A stretch of DNA of 64,000 nt from Heterodontus francisci (Eukaryota): NCBI RefSeq assembly GCF_036365525.1, contig NC_090404.1, positions 6,448,001 to 6,512,000 on the forward strand, given 5' to 3'. A program made the position numbers and the translations under genes. Below are positions 1 to 10,836 of this stretch, one piece after another; the stretch's first letter is position 1; the number at the start of each line of letters is the position of its first letter. A model generated the notes under the pieces. The model saw only the letters and a program-made list of their open reading frames with translations. It ran no database searches and was not told the origin of the DNA.

Positions 1-355
1 ACAGGGTAGGCAAGGCGGGGCAGAGCGAGAACAGCAAACGGAAGCTGTGGAAGGGGCTACAGCAGAAGCAAATCGAGTAAATTCAAAACTCTGTGGAAGG
101 ACAGATGTTGCACGGCGCCGCTCAGCTGCACTGCGAGCTGATGCAGCGGAAATGGCGATGGTTCCATCTCTAGATACCTGTGGCTGAACAGCTACTGCTC
201 ACTGATCAAGGGATTGGGCGCGAAAAGAAGGCATTGTACAACATCAGAAATAAAGAGGGATTTAGTCATTATTAATGTCGATATTTGCAACACATCCTTT
301 CATACATGATGCAAAAGCTCTGAATCCGTTCATTCGAAACCAGATGGAACAGAAT

Positions 356-374
356 CCGCCAGCAGAGGGCGCCA
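356..374 (+). promoter_or_regulatory. CTCF-binding motif
   Basis: CCGCCAGCAGAGGGCGCCA closely matches the CTCF core consensus CCASYAGRKGGCRC; it lies upstream of V segments in the same orientation. Confidence 0.65.
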
Positions 375-800
375 GACGCAAGTATGGTCATTTTAAATTC
401 AAGTGATGCCAGCGTCAGCGCCAATAGGAGTCGCAGTCTGAGTGAGGTCACAATGGGGCCGCCCCCTGTAGTGTGTGGGTGGAACAATGGGCTGAACAGG
501 CCCCGGTTTACCTCTCCCCTTCTCAATCTCCGGCTCATTCCATTCCAATTCACTGCGAGGGATTCAGTCAGGTGTGTTTCCAATAATACTGGCGCTCTAT
601 TGGACAGTAAGTACTGAATTAGATTAGACAACAGAGGTTAGCGAATTGATCCAAAGAGTTTGTGAAGGAACATACTACAATTATCACTCAGAAATCTCCA
701 TATAATGGTTAGCTAGGTAGATGGGAGTTTACACGTACTCACACAGGTAGACTTATGTTTGGGTCGATCCTGTTTAACAGCCTATTTCCGATCTTCACAG

Positions 801-1078
801 ACGGACTATGGGGAGAGAGACTCATGCAATTATCGGTGACAATACTGTGTCAGGACCGGGGAAAGGGAAGAGTTCCGTGCAATGAAATTGCGAATATTCA
901 GCCGCGGTTTTCAACAACATGCAATGCTGTCGGTAGAAACCGGCACAGCCTCCATGCTAGATAACGAGCAAAGTAGCAGCACTGAAGGGAGACGAAATCT
1001 ATGTGTGAAGGACAGGACAGCCTCTTACTGTGCACGAACGGACAGCATCAAAAAAGACAAAGGCCTCATACAAAATGC
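801..1078 (+). pseudogene. Antigen-receptor V-segment pseudogene with decayed 23-type RSS
   Basis: Acceptor ttcacAG (799-800), then xGLWG|ERLMQLSVTILCQDRGKGRVPC with Cys at mature position 22. A decayed WYRQKP reads tgc tgt cgg tag aaa ccg, and the end reads NLCVKDRTASYCAR. It is followed by GACAGCA (1041-1047), 22 bp and ACAAAATGC (1070-1078). It has frameshifts, stops and an FR3 deletion. Confidence 0.6.
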
Positions 1079-1249
1079 TCAGCGGCTATTTACCGCTGCT
1101 TCGAGTCTGGATGGTAACAGTTAACCGGCCTTTGGTGAGTTGTTATCGGAGTGCCGACGCAACCGTTTCTGTCTCTTTACCAATAATCTGTAGCACAAAC
1201 ACTTCACAACGAATCTCAAATGGGAATATCGACCCACAAAATCACAGAA

Positions 1250-1500
1250 TCGCAGAATCGTTTCAGTACAGAAGAAGGCCATTCGGGCCACCGGCTGTCC
1301 GAATGAGCAATACATCTAATGCCATTTCCCAGCCTTCTACACGTAAGCCTGCACATTCCTCCTTTTCAGACAACTATCTAATTCCCTTTTGAATGCTTCA
1401 ATCGAACCTGCCTCCACCAAACTATCAGGCAATGCATTCCAGATCCTAACCACATGCTGTGAATAAGTTTTTCCTCATGTCGCCATTGCTTCTTTTGCCA
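1250..1500 (-). mobile_element. CR1 LINE 3' fragment
   Basis: Reverse complement of the CR1 3' end (RIWNALP-type coding end, gaatggccttcttctgtactg tail with short repeats). Confidence 0.7.
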
Positions 1501-1509
1501 ATTATAGAT

Positions 1510-4500
1510 CACAAGAACACACAAGAAATAGGAGCAGAAGTAGACCATATGGCCCATTGAGCCTGCTCCGCCATTCAATATGATCACGGCTGATCTTGGG
1601 CTTCAATTCACTTTTCTGTTCCTTCCCCATATCCCTTGATTCCCTGCGAGACCAAAATCTATCTATCTATCCCAGCCTTAAATGTATTCAATGATGGAGC
1701 ATCCACAACCCTCTGGGGTAGAGAATTCCAAAGATTCACAACCCTTTGAATGAAGTAATTTCTCCTCATCTCAGTCCTGAATGATTGGCCCCTTATCCTG
1801 AGACTATGTCCCCGTGTTTTAGATTCCCTGACCAGTGGGAACAATCAGCTTCTACCCTATCCAGCCCTTTCAGAATCTTGTATGTCTCAATTAGATCGCC
1901 TCTCATTCTTCTAAACTTCAGAGAATATAGGCCCAATTTACTCAGCATCTCATCATAGAACAAACCCCTCATCCCAGGGACCAATTTCGTAAATCTTCGA
2001 TGCACTGCCTCCAGTGCAAGTATATCCTTTATTAAATGTGGAGACCAAAACGGCACACAGTATTCCAGGTACGGTATCACCAAAGCCCTGCACAATTTAA
2101 ATAAGACTTCTTTATTCCTGTACTCCAATCCCCTTGCAACAAAGGCCAACATGCCATTTGCCTTCCTAATAGCCTGCTGCACCTGCCTGTTAACTTTGTG
2201 CGTTCCTTGTACGAGTTCCCCCAAGTCCCTCTGAACAGCAACACTTTCCAGTTGTACACTTTTTAAAAAATATTCTGCTTTTCTATTTTTACTACCAAAG
2301 TGAACAACTTCATACTTCCCTACATTATACTCCATTTGCCATCTTGTTGCCCACTCACTTAACCTGTCTATATTTCTTTGCAGCCTCTCTATATCCTCCC
2401 TGCAGCTTACCTTTCCACTGAGCTTTGTATCATCAGCAAACTTAGATACATTACTTTCTGTCTCTTCATCCAAGTCGTTAATATAGATTGCAAATAGCTG
2501 AGACCCCAGCACTGAGCCTTGCGGCACCCCACTATTCACTGTCTGCCAACCAGACAATGCCCCATTTATGCCCACTCTCTGCTTTCTGTCTGTTCACCAA
2601 TCTTCTATCCATTCCAATATATTACTCCCAACACCATGAACCCTCATCTTGCCTATTAATCTTTTATGTGGCACCTTATCAAATGCCTTTTGAAAATCCA
2701 GGTATATGACATCTACTCGTTCCCATTTATCTGCCCTACTAGTTACATCCTCAAAAAACTCTAATAAATTTATCAAACAGGATCTCCCTTTAGTAAAACC
2801 ATGCTGACTTGTTCTAATCATACTCTGCTTTTCCAAGTACAATGTTAAGACTTCTTTAATAATAGTTTCCAGCATCTTCTCATCGACTGATGTTAGGCTA
2901 GCTGGTCTGTAGTTCCCTGCTTTCTCTCTACCTCCTTTCTTGAAAAGTGGTGTAACATTTCCCAATTTCCAATATGATGGGACCATTCCTGAAACTAAGG
3001 AATTCTGGAAAATCATAGCCAGTGCAACCACTATCTCTGCAGTTATCTCTTTTAGAACACCAGGATATAGACCATCTAGTCTCGGGAACTAGTTAGAATT
3101 TAGTCCCTCAAGTTTCTCCAATACTTTCTCTCGACTGATATCAATATCCTTAATCTCCTCACTCTTTTGAGCCCCTAGATTTGGTATGGAACTTGTGTCT
3201 TCTACTGTGAAGACAGACACGCTCAATGCCTTTGCCATTTCCTCATTCCCCATGATGATTTCTCCTGTATCAGCCTCTAAAGGACCAACGTTTACTTTAG
3301 CTGCTCTCTTCCTTTTTATGTACTTATAAAAGCTCATACAATCGGTTTTTATATTGCTGGATAGTTTACTCTCATATTCTACTTTATTCCCCCTTTATCA
3401 ACTTTTTGGTAGCCCTTTGATGGTTTTTAAAATATTCCAATCCTCAGACTGCTACTTTTTTTGCAACATTGTAAGCCTCTTCTTTTAGTCTAATACTCTC
3501 CTTACCTTCCTGAGTGAGCCGCAGATGGGTCTTCTTTGACGAGTTTTTGTTTTTGAACGGAATGTACTTTTGTTGAACCATTTGAATTGTTTTTAAATGT
3601 TTCCTACTGTTCATTTACCGCCATACCTTCCAGTCTATTTACCCAATTAACCTTAGCCAGTTCTCATACCTTCATAATTGGCTTTGTTTAAATTTAGGAT
3701 TCTTGTTTGTGATTGAACTATATCACTTTCAAACTTAACATGAAATTCAATGGTATTATGATCGCTATTTCCCAGTGGACCTTTTACTATGATATTGCTT
3801 ATTAATCTTGCTTCATTGCACAATACGAGATCTAAGATAGCTTTATCCCTAGTCGGTTCTACAACGTATTTCTCCAAGAAACTGTCATGAAAGCGTCCCG
3901 CAAATTCATTTTCTAGACCACTGTTGCCAACTTGATTGTCCCAGTCTATACACAGATTAAAGTCCCTCACAATTAATACATGAACTTCTTTCCATGCTCC
4001 AATAATTTTCAGTTTAATGTTCTGTCCAATAATATAACAACTGTTAGGGACCTGTAAAATACTCCCACCAGTGTTTTCTGACTCCTGCCCTTCCTAATTT
4101 CCACCCAAACTGAGTCTACTTCATGATCTCTGAGGCCAGATCTCTTCTTATTAATTTCTTTATGCCATCCTTTACTATCAGGGCTACGCCTCCTCCTTTG
4201 TCATTCTGTCTGTCTCTCCGAAATATTGCGTACCCTGGAATATTCATTTTCCAACCTTGTTCTCTTTGTAACCACGTCTTGGTAATGGCAATTAGATCTG
4301 GATCATTCGTGCCACTAGTTCATCTATCTTATTACAGAGGCTTCGTGCATTCAGATAAAGGATCGTTTCATTTTTTACCTCTATTCCCTGCAATGATCTT
4401 ATTTGCCAATGTACAACTTTTGTTAAATTCTCTGTCCCTTCCTGTCCCATTCTTTTGGGAGTTACCCACATCACAATGCTGCTCCAATAACCTGAGCTCT

Positions 4501-4530
4501 CTCTTTGAATTTCTAAATTTCCTTTAACCC
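1510..4530 (-). mobile_element. Degenerate CR1 LINE, near-complete ORF2 (APE + RT)
   Basis: ORF fragments YLNARSL, DFN, LGNSDHN, NYRPASLTS, YLDFQKAFDKVPH, GVPQGSVLG, KFADDTK; broken by stops and frameshifts. Confidence 0.9.
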
Positions 4531-4615
4531 AACCCCCACCTCCCTCACCCACCTCCCTCACCCACCTTCACCCCCACCCCCACCCCCACCCCCACCCCCA
4601 CCCCCATACCCCGTC
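4528..4615 (+). repeat. C-rich simple repeat (CCCCAC)n, G-quadruplex potential on the minus strand
   Basis: Direct reading: cccacccccacccccacc tract. Confidence 0.85.
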
Positions 4616-4629
4616 CCGTTAGTTGAAAC

Positions 4630-5330
4630 CCCCCTCATTAAATCTGTGCCCTCTTGTTCTCCATCCTTTCATAGAATGGGAACAGTTTGTTCCTATCTAC
4701 TCTGTCCAGGCCCCTCATGATTTTGAATACCTCTATCAAATCTCCTCTCAGCCTTCTCTTCTCTAAAGTTTCAACTTTTCCAATCTATCCTCATTACTGA
4801 AGTTCCTCTTCCCTGGAACCATTCTAGTGAATATTTTCTGCACTCCCTACAATCCCTTCACATCTTTTCTAAAGTGCCATGCCCAGAATTGGACGCAATA
4901 CTCCAGGGGAGGCCAAACTAGTCTCATATAAGTTCAGTATAACCTCCTTGTTCTTGTAATTGATGCCTCTATTAATAAAGGTCAAGATACTATATGCTTT
5001 ATTAACTGCTCTTTCAACATGTCCTGCCACCTTCAGTGACCTATGCACATATACACCTAGGTCGCTCTGCTCTGAAACTCCTCTAGAGTTGTACCATTTA
5101 TTTTATATTGTCTCTCCATGTTCTTCCTACCAAAATGAATCACTTCACATTTCTCCGCATTGAACTTCATCTGCCACTTACCCCGCCCATTCCACCAAAT
5201 TGTCTAAGTTCTTATAAGTTCTGTACTATCCTCCTCATAGTTCACAATGCTTCCAAGTTTCGTATCATCCACAAATTTTGGAACTGTGCCTTGTACACAA
5301 ATGTTTAGGTCATTCAATGTTAAACAGCCC
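4630..5330 (-). mobile_element. CR1 LINE RT C-terminal fragment
   Basis: Reverse complement of EYCVQFWA and downstream RT-thumb coding sequence. Confidence 0.75.
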
Positions 5331-5454
5331 GTGTAAGGCCAGGTTACCAGGAATACACTCAATCAGTCATTGTTTATAATTATTTCCCAATAGTGCAAGA
5401 TGAACTTTACATTCACCGTCTTTCTGTCTATTATTCATCTTTTTGTACAATTAT

Positions 5455-6757
5455 ATCGCATCTACGTAGAGGCACAGGTTAATCAAAGAAAGTCAGCACG
5501 GATTTGTTAAGGGATGATCTTGTTTGATCAACTTGATCAAATTTTTTGAAGAACAAGGAAGTTAGACGAGGGTAGTGCAGTTGACGTGGTCTACATGGAT
5601 TTCAGTAAGGCTTTTGACAAGGTCCCCCCTGGCAGACTGGTAAAAAATAAAATCCCATGTGATCCAGGGAATTGCAGCAAGGTGGATACAGAATTGCTCA
5701 GTGGCAGGAAACAAAGAGTTGCCGTCTGCCTTAGCGACTGGAGGGCTGTTTCCAGTGGCGTTCCACAGGACTCAGTACTGGGTCCCCTGCTTTTTGTGTT
5801 GTATATTAATGATTTGGACGGAAATGTAGGGGGCATGATCAAGAAGTTTGCATATGATAGAAAGATTGGCCGTGTGGTAAATAGAGAGGAGGATAGCTGT
5901 ATCCTGCAGGAAGATATTGATGGTCTGGTCAGATGGGCAGAAAAGTGGCAAATGGAATTCAACTTGGAGAAGTGTGAGGTGATGCACTTGGGGAGGTCAA
6001 ACAAAGCAAAGGAATACACGATTAATGGGAAAATATTCAGAAGTGTAAAGGAAGTAAGGGACCTTGGAGTGAAAGCCCACAGATTCCAGAAGGTAGCAGG
6101 ACAGGTCGATAAGGTGGTGAAGAAGGCATATGGAATCCTTTCCTTTATTAGCTGAGGTAGAGAATATAGGAGCAGTGAGGTTATGCTGGAACTGTATAAC
6201 TCATTGGTTAGGCAACAACTTGAGTACTGTGTGCAGTTCTGGTCACCTAGTTACAGAATGGATGTAGTTGCACTAGAGAGGGAATAGAGGAGATTTCCGA
6301 GAATGTTGCCAGGACTGGAAAAATCCAGCTACGAGGAAAGATTGGATAGGCTGGTCTCATTCTCCTTGGAACAGAGAAAGCTGAGGGAGATCTGATTGAA
6401 ACGTACACCATTTTGAGGGCCCTGGATAGAGTGGATATTCACCGTAGCAGAGAGGTCAGTGACGAGGAGGCATAGATTTAAGGTGATTGGTCGAAAAATT
6501 AGAGGGGAGATGAGGAAAAATCTTTTCACCCAGAGCGTGATGATGGGCTGAAATTCACTGCCTGAAAGGGTAGCTGAGGCAGAGACCCTCAACCCATTCA
6601 AAAGGAGTCTGGATAGGCACCTCAAGTGCCGTAATCTGCAGGGCGATGGACCAAATGCTGCAAGGTGGGATTAGAATAGGTGGATCGCTTTTCGGCCGCC
6701 ACAGACACGATGGGCCAAGTGGCCTCTTTCTGTGCCTTAAACTTTCTGTGATTCTGT
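5455..6757 (+). mobile_element. 5'-truncated CR1 LINE
   Basis: VYMDFSKAFDKVP, GVPQDSVLGP, WQMEFN; CR1 3' tail gggccaagtggcctctttctgtg. Confidence 0.9.
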
Positions 6758-6828
6758 GTATATATATATATATATATTTATATATAAATATACATACATA
6801 TACACAAACACACGCACAGTATATATAC
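6758..6828. repeat. (TA)n/(CA)n microsatellite
   Basis: Direct reading. Confidence 0.85.
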
Positions 6829-7565
6829 CTGAGAGAGATTGACTACCACATACATACAGAACACTTCGATCAATTCCTGGGGACTCTCTCTACCTTCTCA
6901 CAAATCTTGTGTGGGAAACACCCTTCCTGTCCAAAAATGGATTCACAAAATGGAATTGGATACACACTTGAAAATGAGAATTTTACAGGGCTATGGGGGA
7001 AAGCGCAGTGCAGTGACGATGATCAAATAGCGGCACGGAATCGATGGAGCGAATGGCCTCCTCCATTACTGTAGGATTATATGAAATGTGCTCAAAGGGG
7101 AATTTAAAAGGAGGCTAGGTGGCGACATTGACCGAGAAAAACTGGCATCATTCATGCTCTGACCAATTGTGTCACTGGATCGATTTCCCATAGATTCGGG
7201 GTCCTTATTTGTGATTAAAAATCATTTATTGTCCTGGGTAACTCGAGGGGACGCTCAGTACTGTCTATGTAAAATGCCACTGCTACACACAATTAAACAA
7301 ATAACTGAGAGGGGAAATCATTTCCCTGCTCACTGAATAACGTGAATCGAAAATCCTTCCACAACGGTTTCCTCTGGGTCCTCTCTAAATTAACCTTAAA
7401 TATGTTCTTTGCCATTAAACTGTTGGAAAAAATAAAGAATTTACAATTTCGCTGGAAATGATGACATGACATTGTCACAAACGGATATGACATGACTACA
7501 GGGTCAGTTCCCTTCCTGTCCCTGTCACAGGGTTAAATAGGTCAGCTTGCTCCGATGCTGGTGTC

Positions 7566-7604
7566 AGTTTTTGCCACAGAAGAGGAGTCGATGCTCACGT
7601 TGTG
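7566..7604 (-). other. Upstream 23-spacer recombination signal sequence (J-type polarity) in front of the V leader
   Basis: Plus strand AGTTTTTGC (7566-7574), exactly 23 bp, then CGTTGTG (7598-7604); on the minus strand CACAACG-23-GCAAAAACT. Confidence 0.5.
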
Positions 7605-7618
7605 ACTTGCGGGCAGTG

Positions 7619-8062
7619 ATGTGTTTTCCTATTTATTTCAGCGTGGCTTTAGCCCTCTCTATGCGGTGTAAGCAGATGTGCAATATGCGAACAAAAAACA
7701 CTGATAGGTCCGGTTAGTGGGGCGGCTATTTGTAAATTTTCAATATCTGCTCCAGCTGGCAGCGTTTGCGGCGATTCTGTGCATCAAGACTATTTGACCA
7801 GGACGGTGAGGGAAGGAGAAGTGGTGACGCTGAATTGTAGTTTTACAGCAGCAAATACAAGCCCTTACCTTGTCTGGGACCGGCAGCTTCCCGGCTGGGC
7901 TCCGTTAAACTTGTTGCTTGTCATCCAAAATGGCATCCTCATAGCCGAATTCGCCAAGGACCGTTTTACAGCAGTGCAGAGCACGGAGGAGAACACTGTT
8001 CAACAGAGAATTTCTGCGGCGGAGCTGTCAGATGGCGTCGTGTATTCCTGCGCTCTGACACC
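7619..8062 (+). CDS. T-cell receptor alpha/delta-like V gene segment (leader exon 7619-7667, intron 7668-7755, V exon 7756-8062)
   Basis: Leader MCFPIYFSVALALSMR, phase-1 GTAAG donor and tccAG acceptor; the splice is in frame to SGSVCG|DSVHQ...VTLNC...LVWDRQLPG...KDRF...ISAAELSDGVVYSCALT. Cys22, Trp35 and Cys93 fit a V domain, and CAL is a TRAV/TRDV-type end. Confidence 0.88.
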
Positions 8063-8101
8063 CACAGCTGCACAGCTCCGTGTTCGCCCTGTACAAAAAC
8101 T
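8063..8101 (+). other. 23-RSS of the V segment
   Basis: CACAGCT (8063-8069), 23 bp, ACAAAAACT (8093-8101), immediately after the CALT codons. Confidence 0.92.
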
Positions 8102-8516
8102 TCAGAAAACTGTTAACTGGAAACCTAAGTGGCCGCACCACCCGCTGTGATGGTCTGAATAGGATAGTTATTCTTTGGACAGAGTGTTCCCAGCGAACAG
8201 CTCCCATCAGCCCTCAGATTTCATTTACTCGATAATGAGGAATCGACAGGCGAAAACCTGCCAAGGTTTAATAGTCCAACTTACCGGGTAATTGATATTA
8301 AATTGCAAGTTGCCCCTATTCACTGTCCATGCATTTTCCCGTGCTGTTTGGTTTATCACTATCACAGAGAGACCGGGGGAACCTTCCCCTTGTGTCTCTT
8401 CAGCAGGTTACTCAAATCTGACTCTTGTCAACTAGCTCAGTGTGTTTAGTGATAGTGAAATAAACTGAACATCATCTACATTCAACATCTGTCTGTATTT
8501 CTCTGAGACGACTTTC

Positions 8517-8632
8517 ATAGAACATAGAACATAGAACAGTACAGCACAGTACAGGCCCTTCAGCCCACGATGTTGTGCCGACCCTTTAACCTACTCTAAG
8601 ATCAAACTACCTACATACCCTTCATTCTAATA
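8517..8632 (-). mobile_element. Short CR1 3'-tail insertion
   Basis: (catagaa)n tail; reverse complement of 23330-23426; flanked by gactttc repeats (8510-8516, 8633-8639). Confidence 0.8.
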
Positions 8633-8859
8633 GACTTTCCTCAGGTCAAGCAAATATAAAACTTTCTCTCAGATCAATTCGAGATCAATCTGTCTCTCTC
8701 TGCTCAATTCGAGATTCATCTGTCCACGTTTATTAGTCTTTCGCTCTGATGAGCAGAATGCGACTTCAGTGCCTCAATTCTCTGAAATAAACACGGACTT
8801 GCGGTCAAGGAAGTGACAGCACACCACCCAGAACCGATCCTTTCAGCTTTTTTTTAATC

Positions 8860-9207
8860 AAGATGCACTGCAGCAACGCACCAAGTCTCCTTTGACAGCA
8901 CCTTCCAAACCCGCGACCTCTACCACCTCGAAGGACAAGAGCAACAGATGTATGGAAACATCACCACCTGCAAGTTCCCCTCCGAGTCACACACCATCCT
9001 GACTTGGAACTATATCGCCGTTCTTTTACTGTCACTGGGTCAAAATCCTTGAACTCCCTTCCTAACAGTACTGTGGGTGTACCTGCCCCACATGGACTGC
9101 AGCGGTTCAAGAAGGCAGCTCACCACCACCTTCTCAAGGGCAATTAGGGATGGGCAATAAATGCTGGCATAGCCAGTGACGCCCACATCCCATGAATGAA
9201 TAAAAAA
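8860..9207 (+). mobile_element. 3' end of the CR1/L2-group LINE family seen at 41718-44645
   Basis: ctcaagggcaattagggatgggcaataaatgctgg...cccacatcccatgaatgaataaaaa tail shared with 18768, 36380, 44020-44645 and the SINE at 48170. Confidence 0.8.
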
Positions 9208-10836
9208 CTATCCCAGTTAATATTGGGGAAGTTGAAGTCCCCTACTATTATTACCGTATTATTTTCACATCTCTCAGAGATTTGCCCACATATTTGCTCC
9301 TCTATCTCTTCTTGACTGTTTGGAGGCCTGTAGTAGACATCCAGCCAAGTGATTGCCCCCTTTTTGTTTTTACGTTCTACCCAAATGGCCTCATCTGAGG
9401 AACCTTCTAAGATATCATCCCTCCTTACTGCAGTAATTGACTCCTTGATCAACAGTGCACTGCCACCTCCTGTTTTATCCCCTCCCCTGTCGGGTCTGAG
9501 GATTCTATACCCTGCAATGTTGAGCTGCCAGTCCTGTCCCTCCCTCAGCCATGTCTCTGTGATAGCAATAATGTCATATTCCCATGTGCTAATCAACGCC
9601 CTCAATTCAGTGCCTTACTAGTAAGACTCTTTGCGTTAAAATAGATGCAATCCAACCTTGCATTTTCCCTTGTGCCTTACCAGGTCTACATTTGCTCTGC
9701 CTTCCCAGCAAGGATGCTTGTCCCATTCCGTTTCTGGTGCAACCCATCCAACTTGTACATGTCCCATCATTGCCGGAAACAGACCCAGTGATCCAGGAAA
9801 CTAAAGCCCTCCCTGCATATCTCCTCAGCCACGCATTCATCTGCTCTATCCTCCTATTTCAAAACTCACTAGCACGTGGCACTGGGAGTAATCCAGAGAT
9901 TACAACCTTAGAGGTCCTGCTTTTTAATCTGCTACCTAGCTCCCTAAAGTCTTGTTGCAGGACCGCATCCCTTTTTCTACCTATGTTGTTGCTACCAATA
10001 TGTACCAGGACCTCTGGCTGCTCACCCTCCCCCTTCAGAATGTCCTGCAGCCACTACGTGACATCCTTGATCCTAGCACCAGGGAGGCAACATACCATCC
10101 TTGAGTCACGTTTGTGGCCACAGAAACGCCTATCTGTACTCCTTACGATAGAATCCCCTATCACTATAGCTCTTCCACTCCTTTTCGCCCCTGCTGTGCA
10201 GAAGAGCCGTCCTTGGTGTCACGGATCTGGCTGTTGCTGCTTTCCCCTGGGAGGTCATCCCCCCCAACAGTATCCAAAGCGGTATATCTATTTGAGAGGG
10301 GGATGACCACAGAGGACTCCTGTACTACCTGCCTGCGCCTACTACTCCGCCTGGTGGTCACCCATCACTTTTCTGCCTGTGCTGCCATTACCTGCGGTGT
10401 GACCACCTCACTAAACGTGCTATCCACGATATCCTCAGCATCGCGGATGCTCCACAGTGAATCCACCCACAGCTCTAGCTCCGTAATGCGGGGAGTCAGT
10501 AGCTGCAGATGGATACACTTCCTGCACACATGGTTGTCAGGGACACTGGAAGCACCCTTGAATTTTTTTTTTTAATTTATTTCCAAAATATACTTTATTC
10601 ATAAAAATCTGTAAAAATTACATTGCCAAACAGTTTCCAAACAGCACGAAAAAATACAAACATTGCAAAAGAGATCAGTTTCTTTCAATAATGTCATGAG
10701 TTTCTTCCCAACCCTTCCGTTTCACAATTGTCATGTCAATTACAGTTTTACATTTACAGCAATTGAGAATATTAACGATACAGTTCGAGGGGCTTCCCAT
10801 GGTTCCAGCCCCTCAGTCCAGCTTGTTGGGGGAACC

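Noticed and set aside
1075-1140. Another leader exon MLSGYLPLLRVWMVTV with GTGAGT donor
   Set aside because: Donor would be phase 0, hydrophobicity is weak, and no V exon follows
7605-7667. Bona fide J segment behind the upstream RSS
   Set aside because: No F/W-G-x-G motif in any frame; the splice frame encodes a hydrophobic signal peptide
8071-8101. Second heptamer CACAGCT as a 12-RSS
   Set aside because: Spacer to the nonamer is 15 bp, outside 12+/-1
8746-8770. Hammerhead ribozyme at ctgatgag
   Set aside because: Short stem gca/tgc is followed by gact, not the required GAAA
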